The notes under the pieces: generated by a model
What the model saw: the letters and a program-made list of their open reading frames with translations, nothing else
Told to the model about the DNA's origin: nothing
The model's database searches: none
NCBI RefSeq assembly: GCF_009914755.1
Contig: NC_060925.1
From: the human T2T-CHM13v2.0 reference genome, Homo sapiens
DNA length: 64,000 bases
Reading direction: 5' to 3' (one strand)
Shown here: positions 12,811-24,370 of the stretch, piece by piece
Numbering within the stretch: the stretch's first letter is position 1
Layout: every line of letters starts with the position of its first letter
Program-made: the position numbers and the translations under genes

Positions 12811-14343
12811 AGAACTGTTTTCAAGTAATAAATGTTCACAACGAAGCTCCTCATTTGTCTTGGTTGGTCTCTCCCTGCAGGGCTGGACTCCCGATTATTG
12901 TACAATAGTTGAGAGTGCCCTCTGTGGAACATAGTCCTCAGGTTACACGCCCCATCTTTTCCCCACTTCTTACCCACAAGTATATACCTAGTTTTAAAGG
13001 TGCAGGGTTATAAGCATAAAAATGATCAGTCATGATCAATCACATCCCTTATTTTTGAAAATCCATCATGAGTGCGCATAATAACCTCAAAATGAGAGCC
13101 ATGAATGTAATCATCGTCCCTGTGTTTATTAATCACATCCTTTTGAATTCAACACTTTTTATTTTCTGCCAACTTCTTGCTGCATTATCTACAAGGTAAT
13201 CATTCTTTCAAGGGATCTTCTTTAAGTCTCTTCCATTCTCTCAGCCTTTAGCCCAAGTCACCTCCATCACTTTCAATAAGACTTCACCAATTCTGTAATG
13301 TTCTACTACATCAAAAGCCACAGAAGCATTGAGATGGAAAGAGCCTTTAGGGACCATTTTGCTGGTGATAAGAGAACTAAGTGACTTGGACAATGTTACA
13401 CTGCTTCTTCGTGACAAACCTGAGACTAGAAAACTACTACATATGACATCCTACACACTGACTCCCTTCTTCAGCTCTGTCTGATAAAGGGATGAGAGAT
13501 CGTTTCTTATTATTACACATACACGCCACTTCCGTTCCTTCCATCTAAACCTAGTTCAGAAACACCGCTAAGAATTCCCACCCCCAAAAAAATGGGGATG
13601 GGGGAAGAGAAGGAAGTGAACAGTGGTGTCATCCCACCAACAAGCCTGACTGCACAAACTATCTGCCTGTTCCATAACAAAGAGATTATATCAAACCTAC
13701 CTCCCCAGGAATCAGTCTGATTCAACCTCGGAACTCCTCCTTCTCCTTTCCATTTGGCCCAAACTAGGGTTTTTCTCTCAGGTCTTTTGGGCTTTCTGAA
13801 CAAGTGCCAGCACCCTGTGGCTTGCTGCTGCCAGCCCAACTATAGTAATTTTCCAGAAGTCTCTGGTTATGCCACACTGCTCAAGGAAGAGGAATATCAT
13901 TAAAGTGACTTCACAGCCCCATAAACATGCCACTTGCAGCCCTCTTATTCTGTCTGGTGGCCTACACCACACACTACAATCAACAAGGGACATCTAGATT
14001 TCAGGGCCAAATCCCTGCAAAGACTCTGTCTGAACATACTTTTGTGAAAGCCTGCAGAATATAGATTTCTGTGTGTCATAAGGAAATAATCGGTCCTTAA
14101 ATCTCAAAGTACAACTAGCTGCAGTATTTAAAAAGCCCATGGACAATGACAAATATAGACATCACAAAATTATTCTAAACTGATCAATGCTGAGAAAAGT
14201 CATGATGTGTCAGGAGTCTCAGCTCCAAAGGCAGTCTGCCCTTTAACATAATGAACTTCAGTAAAAGTAGAAACCATTTCTGAGGGTGTAATTGACAAGT
14301 GGCAATGAGGTCATCAGTAGAGTTTATGACATTTAAATCCCTG

Positions 14344-14709
14344 TGATATGGTTTGGCTGTGTCCCCACCCAAATCTCATCTTGAATTGTAGCTCCCATAA
14401 TTCCCATGTGTTGTGGGAGGGACCCAGTGGGAGGTGATTGAATCATGGAGGCGGGTCTTTCCTGTGCTGTTCTTGTGATAGTGAATAAGTCTCACGAGAT
14501 CTGATGGTTTTATAAAGCGGAGTTCCCCTACACAAGCTCTCTCTTGCCTGCTGTCACTTAAGACGTGACTTTGCTCCTCCTTTGTCTTCTGCCATGATTA
14601 TGAGGCTTCCCCAGCCATGTGGAACTGTGAGTCAATTAAACCTCTTTCCTTTATAAATTACCCAGCCTCAGGTATGTCTTTATTAGCAGTGTGAAAACAG
14701 ACTAACACG
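14344..14709 (+). mobile_element. THE1B-like MaLR solo LTR
   Basis: tgatatggtttggctgtgtccccacccaaatctcatcttgaattgtagctccc...gactaacacg; 5-bp TSD ccctg on both sides. Confidence 0.95.
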
Positions 14710-14830
14710 CCCTGGATCTACTTTTCCCGGTTTTATTTTTTTGTAACCCACAAGCTGTCCTGCCTCGTGTAATGGTCTTAGGCAAAGGAAGACCTCTCTG
14801 GTTATCCTTAATTCTATAGATACCTACTTC

Positions 14831-14872
14831 ACACACACACATTCAAACACACACATACACACACACACACAC
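14831..14872 (+). repeat. (CA)n microsatellite, interrupted
   Basis: acacacacacattcaaacacacacatacacacacacacacac. Confidence 0.9.
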
Positions 14873-15289
14873 GACAGAGGGACTTCTAAGTAAATATCAT
14901 ATACATTATGAGGAATCAAGATCTTGCCCTTTTCTAAAGCAAATAACTGTCAGGCTTGGGCAAATGCAGGGGCCATATTTTCTAATGAAAAAATAAAAAT
15001 ATATGACACTGGACAAATTATTGAAAATGGAGGTATACATTATAACTTCCCTTACTTTAGCTTGCTGACAGGTAACCTTGGGCTCTGCCACAAAGTAATT
15101 TTCCCATCTGGACTAACTGGGGATCAGACAGAAGATTCTTTTTCTTTCAAGGTGTCCTAGAAAATTGGGGACACCTTGTAGCAAATCAATTAACATTTTA
15201 TTTGATGTAGAACCTTACGACAAATAGTGAGAATTTCCACAACACAAAAATTGTGAAGTTTTTGGCAATGCATAAGAAATGAACATTGG

Positions 15290-15480
15290 CAGATATGTTT
15301 CACGTGGCCAAGAACTTGATGTTTCATCAGCCATGAGGCTGGTAGTGTCTCTATTTTACACACGTGAAACATGGGCTAAGTGAGGTAAAGCAAGTTGCCT
15401 GAGATCACGTGGCTTGTGATGAGAAGATTCAGGATTCGACTCCAGCTCTGTGCTACTCCAGAGCTTCCGTTCTTTCTCAC
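15290..15480 (-). mobile_element. MIR containing three CACGTG E-boxes
   Basis: attttacacacgtgaaacatgggctaagtgaggtaaagcaagttgcctgagatcacgtggc...ggattcgactccagctctgtgctactccagag matches antisense MIR core. Confidence 0.75.
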
Positions 15481-16269
15481 ATATCTAGTTCAGGCTCCTT
15501 CATCTCCGAGTGGGTATGGAGACCAAGTATGCCTGTTATTGTTCCTCAGAGAAGGATTTCTGGAGGACATGAGTAGTCTGAAGAGTTCAGCAAGTCCTCC
15601 AAGTTCCACCCAAATCTGATAAATGTGCTGAAGTACGGGGCGCTGTTACTATACAACATGGTGAGTAAAGGGAACCTTCTCTCTGATCCCCAGACACCCC
15701 AGATGGAAAAAGGTGCTTTGCTGCAGAGCCCACGGTTATCTGTCTGGAAGCAAAAGTAAGGGAGGCCACAAGGTCTACTTCCATTTTCAAACTGAGGGCG
15801 CCTAACAATTGCAATCCTGTAAAGAAATAAATTCATTTCTGGAAAGTTGGAAATTGTCTTCATCGTGCCCTGCCCAAAGCCTCTGGTCAAGAAATTGAGG
15901 ACTTGCAGAATAGGACTCCTCCTCAAACTCAAGCTTTTGTGTTCCATGTTCAATGAGAGATTCTGGCCACAGAAATGTTCCCTACCTGCTCCAGCAGGAA
16001 CTAAGCCTTCCTGGAACATGATTATCACAAGGATCCCTCCCAGTGACCACATTTTCTGACATCAGCCTAAACCAAAACGACTCGCCTGCTCAGTGATTAT
16101 ATAAATCCATTCAGTCTCTGCAAATGCCCAGGCTTTTGTTACCACTACTGCTGTTTTGGCTGTACAAGGCTTAAAATGCAAAGTAAGTCACGATACTAAC
16201 CTTTGCCTCCAGTAAGGAATGCTCTTCTTGGAGCAGCCCCCATACCTGGGACAATGCAAGTCAGCCTTT

Positions 16270-16720
16270 CAATGAGATGCTTAGCACACAAGCCTTCTGT
16301 GATCCAGCTCCTGCCTCTCCATCATGCCTCAGTGTCCAACACTCTCTCTTCTTCAGTCAATTCAAACTATTTGTAGGTCCCTAAGCACAGTTTCCCCTCT
16401 TTCTGCCCTGCAGACCTGCTTTATCTAGCAAATGCCCACTCATTATTCAAATTTAGTGCAATTATCCAGTCATCTGGGAAACTCCCCTTGATCCACAACC
16501 TTGATTTAGTGGTCTCCCCTTTGTGCTCCCTGAATAGCATGTCCATGCTTCTCCGATAGTGCTCACCACATTTTATAGTAACAGCTGATGTATCTACTTG
16601 TGTGCCCCAACCAAAAATCAGGTTCTACATATCTTGAGGAAGTTTTCTCATTCAATTTTGTATGAGAATTTACGGAACTTCCAATTCTATAACATAGTTG
16701 TTAAATAAATGCTTAACGAA
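16270..16720 (+). mobile_element. L2 3' fragment
   Basis: cttagcacacaagccttctgtgatccagctcctgcc...aaataaatgcttaacgaa. Confidence 0.65.
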
Positions 16721-17789
16721 AAGGTACACTTGGTTCACTCACCAAACAAATATTTACAAAGGAACTACAAGGTATATTTAGAAAGCACATGAGTTCCTGA
16801 GCACTGATCCTAAGTTGAAGAAACCCTCCTCACCTCAATCTCTTGGGCACATGAGAGGTCTCCTCACAGACTCTCAAACAATTGGTGCTTGAAGAGAGGT
16901 GGGAAGTGGTACGAGGGAAGATGGAGGGAGAGCATGACTGCCTGCTGCTACCTGAGTGAGAAGAGGAAAGATGGAGATGAGGGCAAGCAGAAGCATGTGG
17001 TCCACAGCATCACCTAGTGCCTAGTGCGGAAGAGGAAAGTCTTGGTTCCATCACTCATTCTAGCTTAGAGTGAATCTTCTGTTGCAAACTTTCTTATTGC
17101 TCTAAGACAGAGATCATCAGAATTGAGGCAAAGGCTAAAGCAGTACTACACTTTCTATGTCAGTATTTTTATATACTGGTTAGTGGTATACATGCATGCA
17201 AATCTCCCTTTAAATTCAAATGTCATGTTAGAAAGTAGGGTTTATATGTACAGGTGTTTGTAAATGAGAAGTTTGTAATTTAGGGAGTACATATTTAATA
17301 GTGCCTCACCCAGAACTGCTATAGGCAAGATGATCAGGAGGAAAAACAGCAGCAGCTGATGCCAAAATGTGTGATTCAGATGATTTGGAAATTAAGAGAC
17401 ATTCCAAAGAACGTGTGCATATTTCCTTCAGACATAGTCTACTAGCTAACAGATTGAATTTTTAAAATATATGAATAACTTTTCTGACAAAAGCTTACCA
17501 AAATACAGCAATGACTTAGAAATTTAGCATGGTTATATGTGATCCGTTTATCTCTCCCATCATCCCACTATCTCAGAGTACAAAATAAAAATCATTCGTT
17601 TCATTTTTCTTTATGCTAAGTAGAAAGGAAATTGTGTCCTGTTCTCATTTCAAGTTAGGTTGCTTCTTGATTAAATAAGAGAATGAACTCGCCTAGAATA
17701 ATAAATGATCCTCTCAACTGCACGTTAACTGAACACTCTAGCATAAATTAACAAAGCAGAGAGATCAGGTGGAAGTATAGCTAAAAGAC

Positions 17790-17950
17790 TAAAATTAGTT
17801 TGGCATGGGTTTGGATATTAGTTTTGTCACTCTGTAGCTATGTAAGTTTGGACAAATTACCATAAACTCTCCAAATCTCAATTTTCTCAACTGTCAACAG
17901 AGTTGACAGCAAATATCTCATGAAATGGCGAGACAGATTTCAAACTTGTC
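17790..17950 (+). mobile_element. MIR
   Basis: gtcactctgtagctatgtaagtttggacaaattaccataaactctccaaatctcaattttctcaactgt. Confidence 0.65.
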
Positions 17951-18678
17951 ATTTACAAACACCTGTAAATACGAACTCTACTTTTTAATATGGCATTACA
18001 ACTTACAAGATTTGTATGTATGTATGCAATTAACCATGATACAATGGCAGCATAAAATGGCACCGGTAAAGTGTCAGGCACACAGCCTATTGCAGAGTGA
18101 ACACTCACATTTTGTTTCCACGTGCCCCACCTCTTTTCTTGATTTAAAGGATTTCTACTGGGCAAATGATAAGAGAAACAAGACACTTTTCTGTCCTTAA
18201 GGAACTTAGACTGGTAAAGAGGATAAAATAAACACAGACAAAGCCAGGCAGGATATACATTTTGAGAGCAGAATGAATCCAGGTGATATAAGAACACAAA
18301 GGAGGAAGACCATGTGCCAAGTTCCCTGAGGACATCAGGATCAACTTCATGAAGAGACCATTTTAAATGGGTCTCAGAGAATTGGTAGGGACCTTGTCAA
18401 TGTGTGGTTTTTATTTCCTAAGTAAGACTCACAGTTACAATACACATGTAAACACAGGAGAAGACAGAAGTTAAGGCAGATGATACTCTGGTTTAAAAAT
18501 CCTTAGAGGAATTTTCACTGGTCACCAACTTTTAGAGCTACATTGAGGATGACAACTAGGGTGGAAAACAGTATATTGTCCAGATATACTATTAATATAA
18601 AATGGGGCAATGTTGCCTACTGAAGGGAAGGTAGGGGCAAGCCTTATCTTTCCCTTTCTGGCTCAGAGAATTCCCAGC

Positions 18679-18981
18679 TTTTTTTTTTTTTTTTTGCTTT
18701 TTTGAGATGGAGTTTTGCTCTTGTTGCCCAGGCTGGAGTGCAGTGGCATGATCTCGGCTCACTGAAACCTCTGTGTCCCAGGTTCAAGTGATTCTCCTGC
18801 CTCAGCCTCCCGAGTAGCTGAGACTACAGGTGCCTGCCACCACGCCCGGCTTTTTGTATTTTTTGTAGAGACAGGGTTTTGCCATGTTGGGCAGGCTGGT
18901 CTCGAACTCCTGACCTCAGGTGATCCACCCGCCTCAGCCTCAAAGTGCTGGGATTACAGGCGTGAGCCACCATGCCCAGCC
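18679..18981 (-). mobile_element. AluSx/Sq-like
   Basis: Antisense dimer; TSD agaattccca(g/a)c at 18667-18678 and 18982-18993. Confidence 0.95.
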
Positions 18982-19106
18982 AGAATTCCCAACATTTTAA
19001 CCAAAGCACTAGGAGCTTTCCATCTGTAGTACAATCACCGAACAAGCCAGAAACTGTGTCATGGCCTCTTTAATCCATACTATTCCTTCTACAGAGACTA
19101 ATTCCC

Positions 19107-19476
19107 TTAAAAACTAAGAGACAGATGCAGCCTTAGCCTCGGCCTACACAGGGTCCAGATCATCCATATCACTGTTTCCACCTCCATGTCTTGTCCTACT
19201 GGAAGGTCTTCAGAGGCGGTAATATGCATGGAGCTGTCGTCTCCTGTGACAACAATACCTTCTTCTGGAATACCTCCTGAAGGACCTTCCTGACGCTGTT
19301 TTATAACTAACTTATTACATACTTCTACTTACATAAGTAAAAATACACTCTAAATAATGATAAAAACTATAGTATAGTAAATACATAAACCAGTAACATA
19401 GTCATTATCATTATTAAGTATTATGTACTGTATGTAATTGTATGTGCTACACTTTTATTCAACTAGCAGCTTAGTG
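19107..19476 (-). repeat. Inverted duplicate of the internal segment of the adjacent Tigger3b
   Basis: Reverse complement of 20334-20684; no TIRs or TA TSD; shares variants with the resident copy. Confidence 0.9.
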
Positions 19477-20172
19477 CAAAATAAAAAGAGAGGACTCAAA
19501 GGGGATCATTTAGGAAATAAACTACTCCCGGGAAAGGGACACAATCTCAACAAGCAATAGGGCGGCTTGTGTAGTGTAGTGGGCTTTGGAGAAGATCCCT
19601 GGTAGCAGTGGAGATTGGGAGTTGTGGTTTTCACGTACTTAGTCATTTAGTCAACCAGAGAGACAAATAGTTGGGATAAAAGAGGATCTCATAAATCCAA
19701 CAGAAGAGTACAGAACACAGAGCTTAGGCTGTTCACAGCACCACCTCCTAGGAAAACACTGTGAGCACTCAGGTTAACAGTAGGTAGATCTGTGCACAAG
19801 CCATTTACTCTACTATGGCCAAGCAGCCTAATCTGTCGTGAACATTCCTCTTCCCCCCAAAAATAAAGAGGAAATAAAGAGAAGGGAGAAAGGGAGGGAA
19901 GAAGGAAACCATGAGTCTTAAAAAGATAGCACAGAAACAATTATTCTGAAAATGTAGAGGAAAAGTATAGCTCTTTAAAATTATTTACGACACAAATCAG
20001 AAGAGTTCAAATAAATTACAATGCATTCATATATTTTGCAGATGTTCACTCATGTTCTCAAATACCATTAAACGCATCAGAAAATTTGTAGAATGTAATA
20101 TGAAGTGAAAAGAGCTGGGTGCAAAAGCTGTATATATCAACTTTACAAAACTTTGCACATGCGGTACATATA

Positions 20173-22102
20173 AAGTCATCAATTGCTTAACAACATTTCA
20201 GTCAACGGTGGACTGCAGATATGACAATGGTTTCATGAGATTATAATGGAGCTGAAAATTTCCTATCGCCTAGCAACACTGTAGCAGTCATAAAGTTGTA
20301 GCACAATGCATTACTCATTGTTGTAAACAAACACACTAAGCTGCTAGTTGAAAAAGTGTAGCACATACAATTACATACAGTACATAATACTTACTAATGA
20401 TAATGACTATGTTACTGGTTTATGTATTTACTATACTATACTTTTTATCATTATTTAGAGTGTATTTTTACTTACGTAAGTAGAAGTATATAATAAGTTA
20501 ATTATAAAACAGCTTCGGGAAGTTCCTTCAGGAGGTATTCCAGAAGGCATTGTTGTCATAGGAGATGACAGCTCCATGCCTATTACTGCCTCTGAAGACC
20601 TTTGTGGAGGTGGAAACAGTGATATGGATGATCCTGACCCTGTGTACGCTGAGGCTAAGGCTGCATTTGTGTCTTAGTTTTTAATAAAAAAAGTTTTTAA
20701 AGTAAAAAAAATTAAAGCACAAAAAGGCTTATAGAATAAGAATATAAAAAAGAAAATATTTTTGTAAAGAAGAGTCAAAAAGTTAAGAAATTTAAAAATG
20801 CTCATCATCACTGGTCATTAGAGAAATGCACATCAAAACCACAATGAGACACCGTCTCACACCAGTTAGAATGGCCATCATTAAAAAGTCTGGTAACAAC
20901 AGATGCTGGCAAGGCTGTGGAGAAATAGGAACACGTTTACAGTGTTGGTGGGAGTGTAAATTAGTTCAACCATTGTGGAAGACAGTGTGGCGATTCCTCA
21001 AGGATCTAGAACCAGAAATACCATTTGACCCAGCAATCCCATTGCTGGATATATACCTAAAGGATATAAATCATTCTACTATAAAGACACATGCACTTGT
21101 ATGTTTATTGCAGCACTATTTACCATAGCAAACACTTGGAAGCAACCCAAATCCCCATCGGTGATAGACTGGATAAAGAAAATGTGGCACATACACACCA
21201 TGGAATACTATGCAGACATAAAAAAGAATGAGTTCATGTCCTTTGCTGGGACACGGATGAAGCTGGAAGCCATCATTCTCAGCAAACTACCACAGGAACA
21301 GAAAACCAAACACCACATGTTCTCACTCATAAGTAGGAGTTGAACAATGAGAACACATGGACACAGGGAGGGGAACATCACACACTGGGACCTGTCGGGG
21401 GTGGGGGGCAAGAACAAATACCTAATGCATGGGGGCTTAAAACCTAGACGATGGGTTGACAGGTGCAGCAAACCACCATGGCACATGTATACTTATGTAA
21501 CAAACCTGCACATTCTGCACATGTATCCCAGAACTTAAAGTAAAATAAAACATACAATAAAATAATTTTAAAAAATGTAAAAGTCAAAAGCTACAGTAAG
21601 CTAAGGTTAATTTATTATTGAAGAAAAGGAAATTTTAAAAATAAATTTAGTATCGCCTAAGTGCAGGGTTTATAAAGTCTACCCTAGGGTACAGTAATGT
21701 CCTAGACCTTCACATTCACTCACTACTCACTCACTGACTCACCCAGAGCAACTCCCAGGCCTGCAAGCTCCATTCATGGCAAGTGCCCTATATGGGTGTA
21801 CCATTTTTTTCCTCTTCTATACCATATTTTTACTGTACCTTTTCTATGTTTGGATACACAAATACTTACCATGGTGTTACAACTGCCTATAGTATTCAAG
21901 AGAGCAATACGCTTCCAGGTTTGTAGCCTAGGAGCAGGCTATACCATAAAGTCCAGGTGTGTAGGAGGCTACACCATCTAGGTTTGTGTAAGTACACGCT
22001 ATGGTGTTAGTCAACTAAAGAAACAAATAGTGGTGAGAGAAGAGAAATCACCTATAGGTGCACTTCTCAGAACATACTCTGGTTTTCAGCAATGTATGAC
22101 TA
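20173..22102 (+). mobile_element. Tigger3b (Golem) DNA transposon, split by an L1PA insertion
   Basis: TA-aagtcatc...gtcaacggtggactgcagatatgac; internal ccttcaggaggtattccagaaggcattg and cactcactgactcacccagagcaac; ends aatgtatgacta-TA. Confidence 0.9.
20795..21563 (+). mobile_element. L1PA7/8-like 5'-truncated element (ORF2 C-terminus and 3' UTR)
   Basis: ORF track gives [50 protein letters not shown] (L1 ORF2p C-terminal Cys region), then a frameshift; 3' UTR ends catgtatcccagaacttaaagtaaaataaaa; degenerate TSD aatttaaaaatg. Confidence 0.93.
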
Positions 22103-22264
22103 TAAATCAGCAAAAATAAACGGAGGTGAAATAATAGTTCCTCTAACTGAGTGATGTGATTATGTAAGAATTTTAGTTCCTTCCTACTATTTTTCTATTT
22201 TCTTCCAACCTTTCTGTGAAGTTACTTTCATAATTTAAAACTTGTAATGTTTTATTAAAAATAG

Positions 22265-22581
<317 letters not shown>

Positions 22582-22869
22582 AGATACGTTTACAAATATA
22601 CAGACATTAATAATGGAGTCTGAGGATAAGAGCCTTCAAAGCAAAGGTGAAATGTCCCAAAAGACAAGTCGGTAAGAAAACACAGGCCACGTCCTAAAGG
22701 CGTTGGAGAACTGGGATGTGTGAGAGCAAAGAAAGGGCCTTGAATGCCATGTTTAGGGGCAGAGATTTTCTTCTGTCTGTAGCACATATTTTGAATTAGA
22801 AAGGGCTGTTGTTGGAGCTGTCTTTCTAGAGATTCCGGAGTCGGCAAATGGCATCTAAAATTAAATGGA

Positions 22870-23560
22870 TTAGAGGTGAGTGGCTATTGTGATAGTCCAA
22901 GTGTCAAGCAGTGTCAGCCTGACTATGTGGTCTCAGTGACAAAAGAGAGGACATGGTAGATGTGAGTGTTGAGTACAAGACTCAGCCAATGGTTGGGTAT
23001 AAACCGCCTGGGAGAAGACAGGACTGAAGAAGGCTTTGAAGGCTAGATTCTGGGTGATGAATCAGAGATCAATATTAGTCACAAAAGTTGGAGGAAGAAT
23101 ATGTGCAGCTTATTTCGAACATGTTGAGCTTAAAGTGTCCATGGAGTATCTTGAGAAGATTCTGAGAAGTTGCAACTTAAGAGAGAAGCCTGGGCTGGTG
23201 GTGTGGATTTGGGAATTATCTGTATAGACAGGAGAGGTGGTCAGATAATAAAGGAGGAGACCAGGAAAGGGAGAGCAGGAGAGGGAGGAGGAGGAAGAAG
23301 GGGAAGAAGGGATGCACATAAGACAGAAAGAGAAGATAGGAGAAGATACCAGAGGACCACACTACAGAAAAGAAGTAGCCGCTGACACAGCCAGAAGCAG
23401 CAAACAGAAAGAGGAGTGCATATTTCAACACTGCAGAGTAGGAAACAAACACCAACAAGAGAGTCACCCTTGATGTGAAATGTTATGCAAAGTTCAAAGA
23501 GGCTGCACACTGACAAGTCGCTACTGGAAATAGTGATTAGGCGCTCAAGTGACATAAAAA
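22870..23560 (-). mobile_element. L2 fragment
   Basis: ggctattgtgatagtccaag...gaacatgttgagcttaaagtgtccatgg...gtggatttgggaattatc. Confidence 0.6.
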
Positions 23561-24179
23561 AATTTTAAGTAAAAAATAAGAAATAAAATCAACATGTCCA
23601 ATGTCATTGCAATAGACACTTTCCTGTGGGAACTACCATTTTAAAAACACATCTGGAGTCCAATATCCTAAGTGTCAAGTCATTCCTCCTTTGTCCACAT
23701 GGACGGAAGACGTTCATCTCTTGAGTGCTAATGGTTTGAGGCCACCACCACAGCAACCAACAGAGCAACTGTTGTACTTTAACTCTGCCCAGCACTAACT
23801 ACATTCTAGTCTGTGGCCTGCATGGAAATGAAGTTGTTCTTTCAGACACTGCTGTGTGGGACTCAGTCTGGCTGCAGGTGCCTGCAAGCACTGTCTGATT
23901 TGAGATATTTTCTATAATTACTGGAATGATGAAATCTGTCATGCAGTAAGGTAGCAGGCAGGAGACACAAATTCATTCCTAGCTTCCTGAATTAAAAATA
24001 AATGGTTATCAAGTCCAATTGAATTTGTTTTAATTAGCTGGGTTTTTTTTTTTTAAGTCACAATTTTCGCAGCTCCTTTATCAAACTGACTCTTCCTTAA
24101 TACTAAAGAGGAAACTTTTCACACCTAAAATATTCCTGTAAAGACAAACTTGCTGGGTCTTGTTCATGTCCCTGTTGGC

Positions 24180-24370
24180 CCCTAAGTATATTTTACTTAT
24201 TTGTCTCATCCATTGCCTCATGCCTTTCCAATGTGAACTCCATAAAGAAAGTGATTTTTGTGCATGTAATGAACTGCTGTACCCCCGGAACTTAAATCAG
24301 GGTCTGGCCCATAGAATGAGCTCAATGGATGCTGGTGGAATGAATTTATGGAAGAATGGATGGAAAGAAA
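24180..24370 (+). mobile_element. L2 3' end
   Basis: aatgtgaactccataaagaaagtgattttt...ggtctggcccatagaatgagctcaatggatgctggtggaatgaat. Confidence 0.65.

Noticed and set aside
15546-16052. 168-aa minus-strand ORF
   Set aside because: No recognisable domain and no supporting exon structure; compatible with chance.
20826-21343. L1 ORF2p-like ORFs as a gene
   Set aside because: 5'-truncated, frameshifted L1PA fragment.
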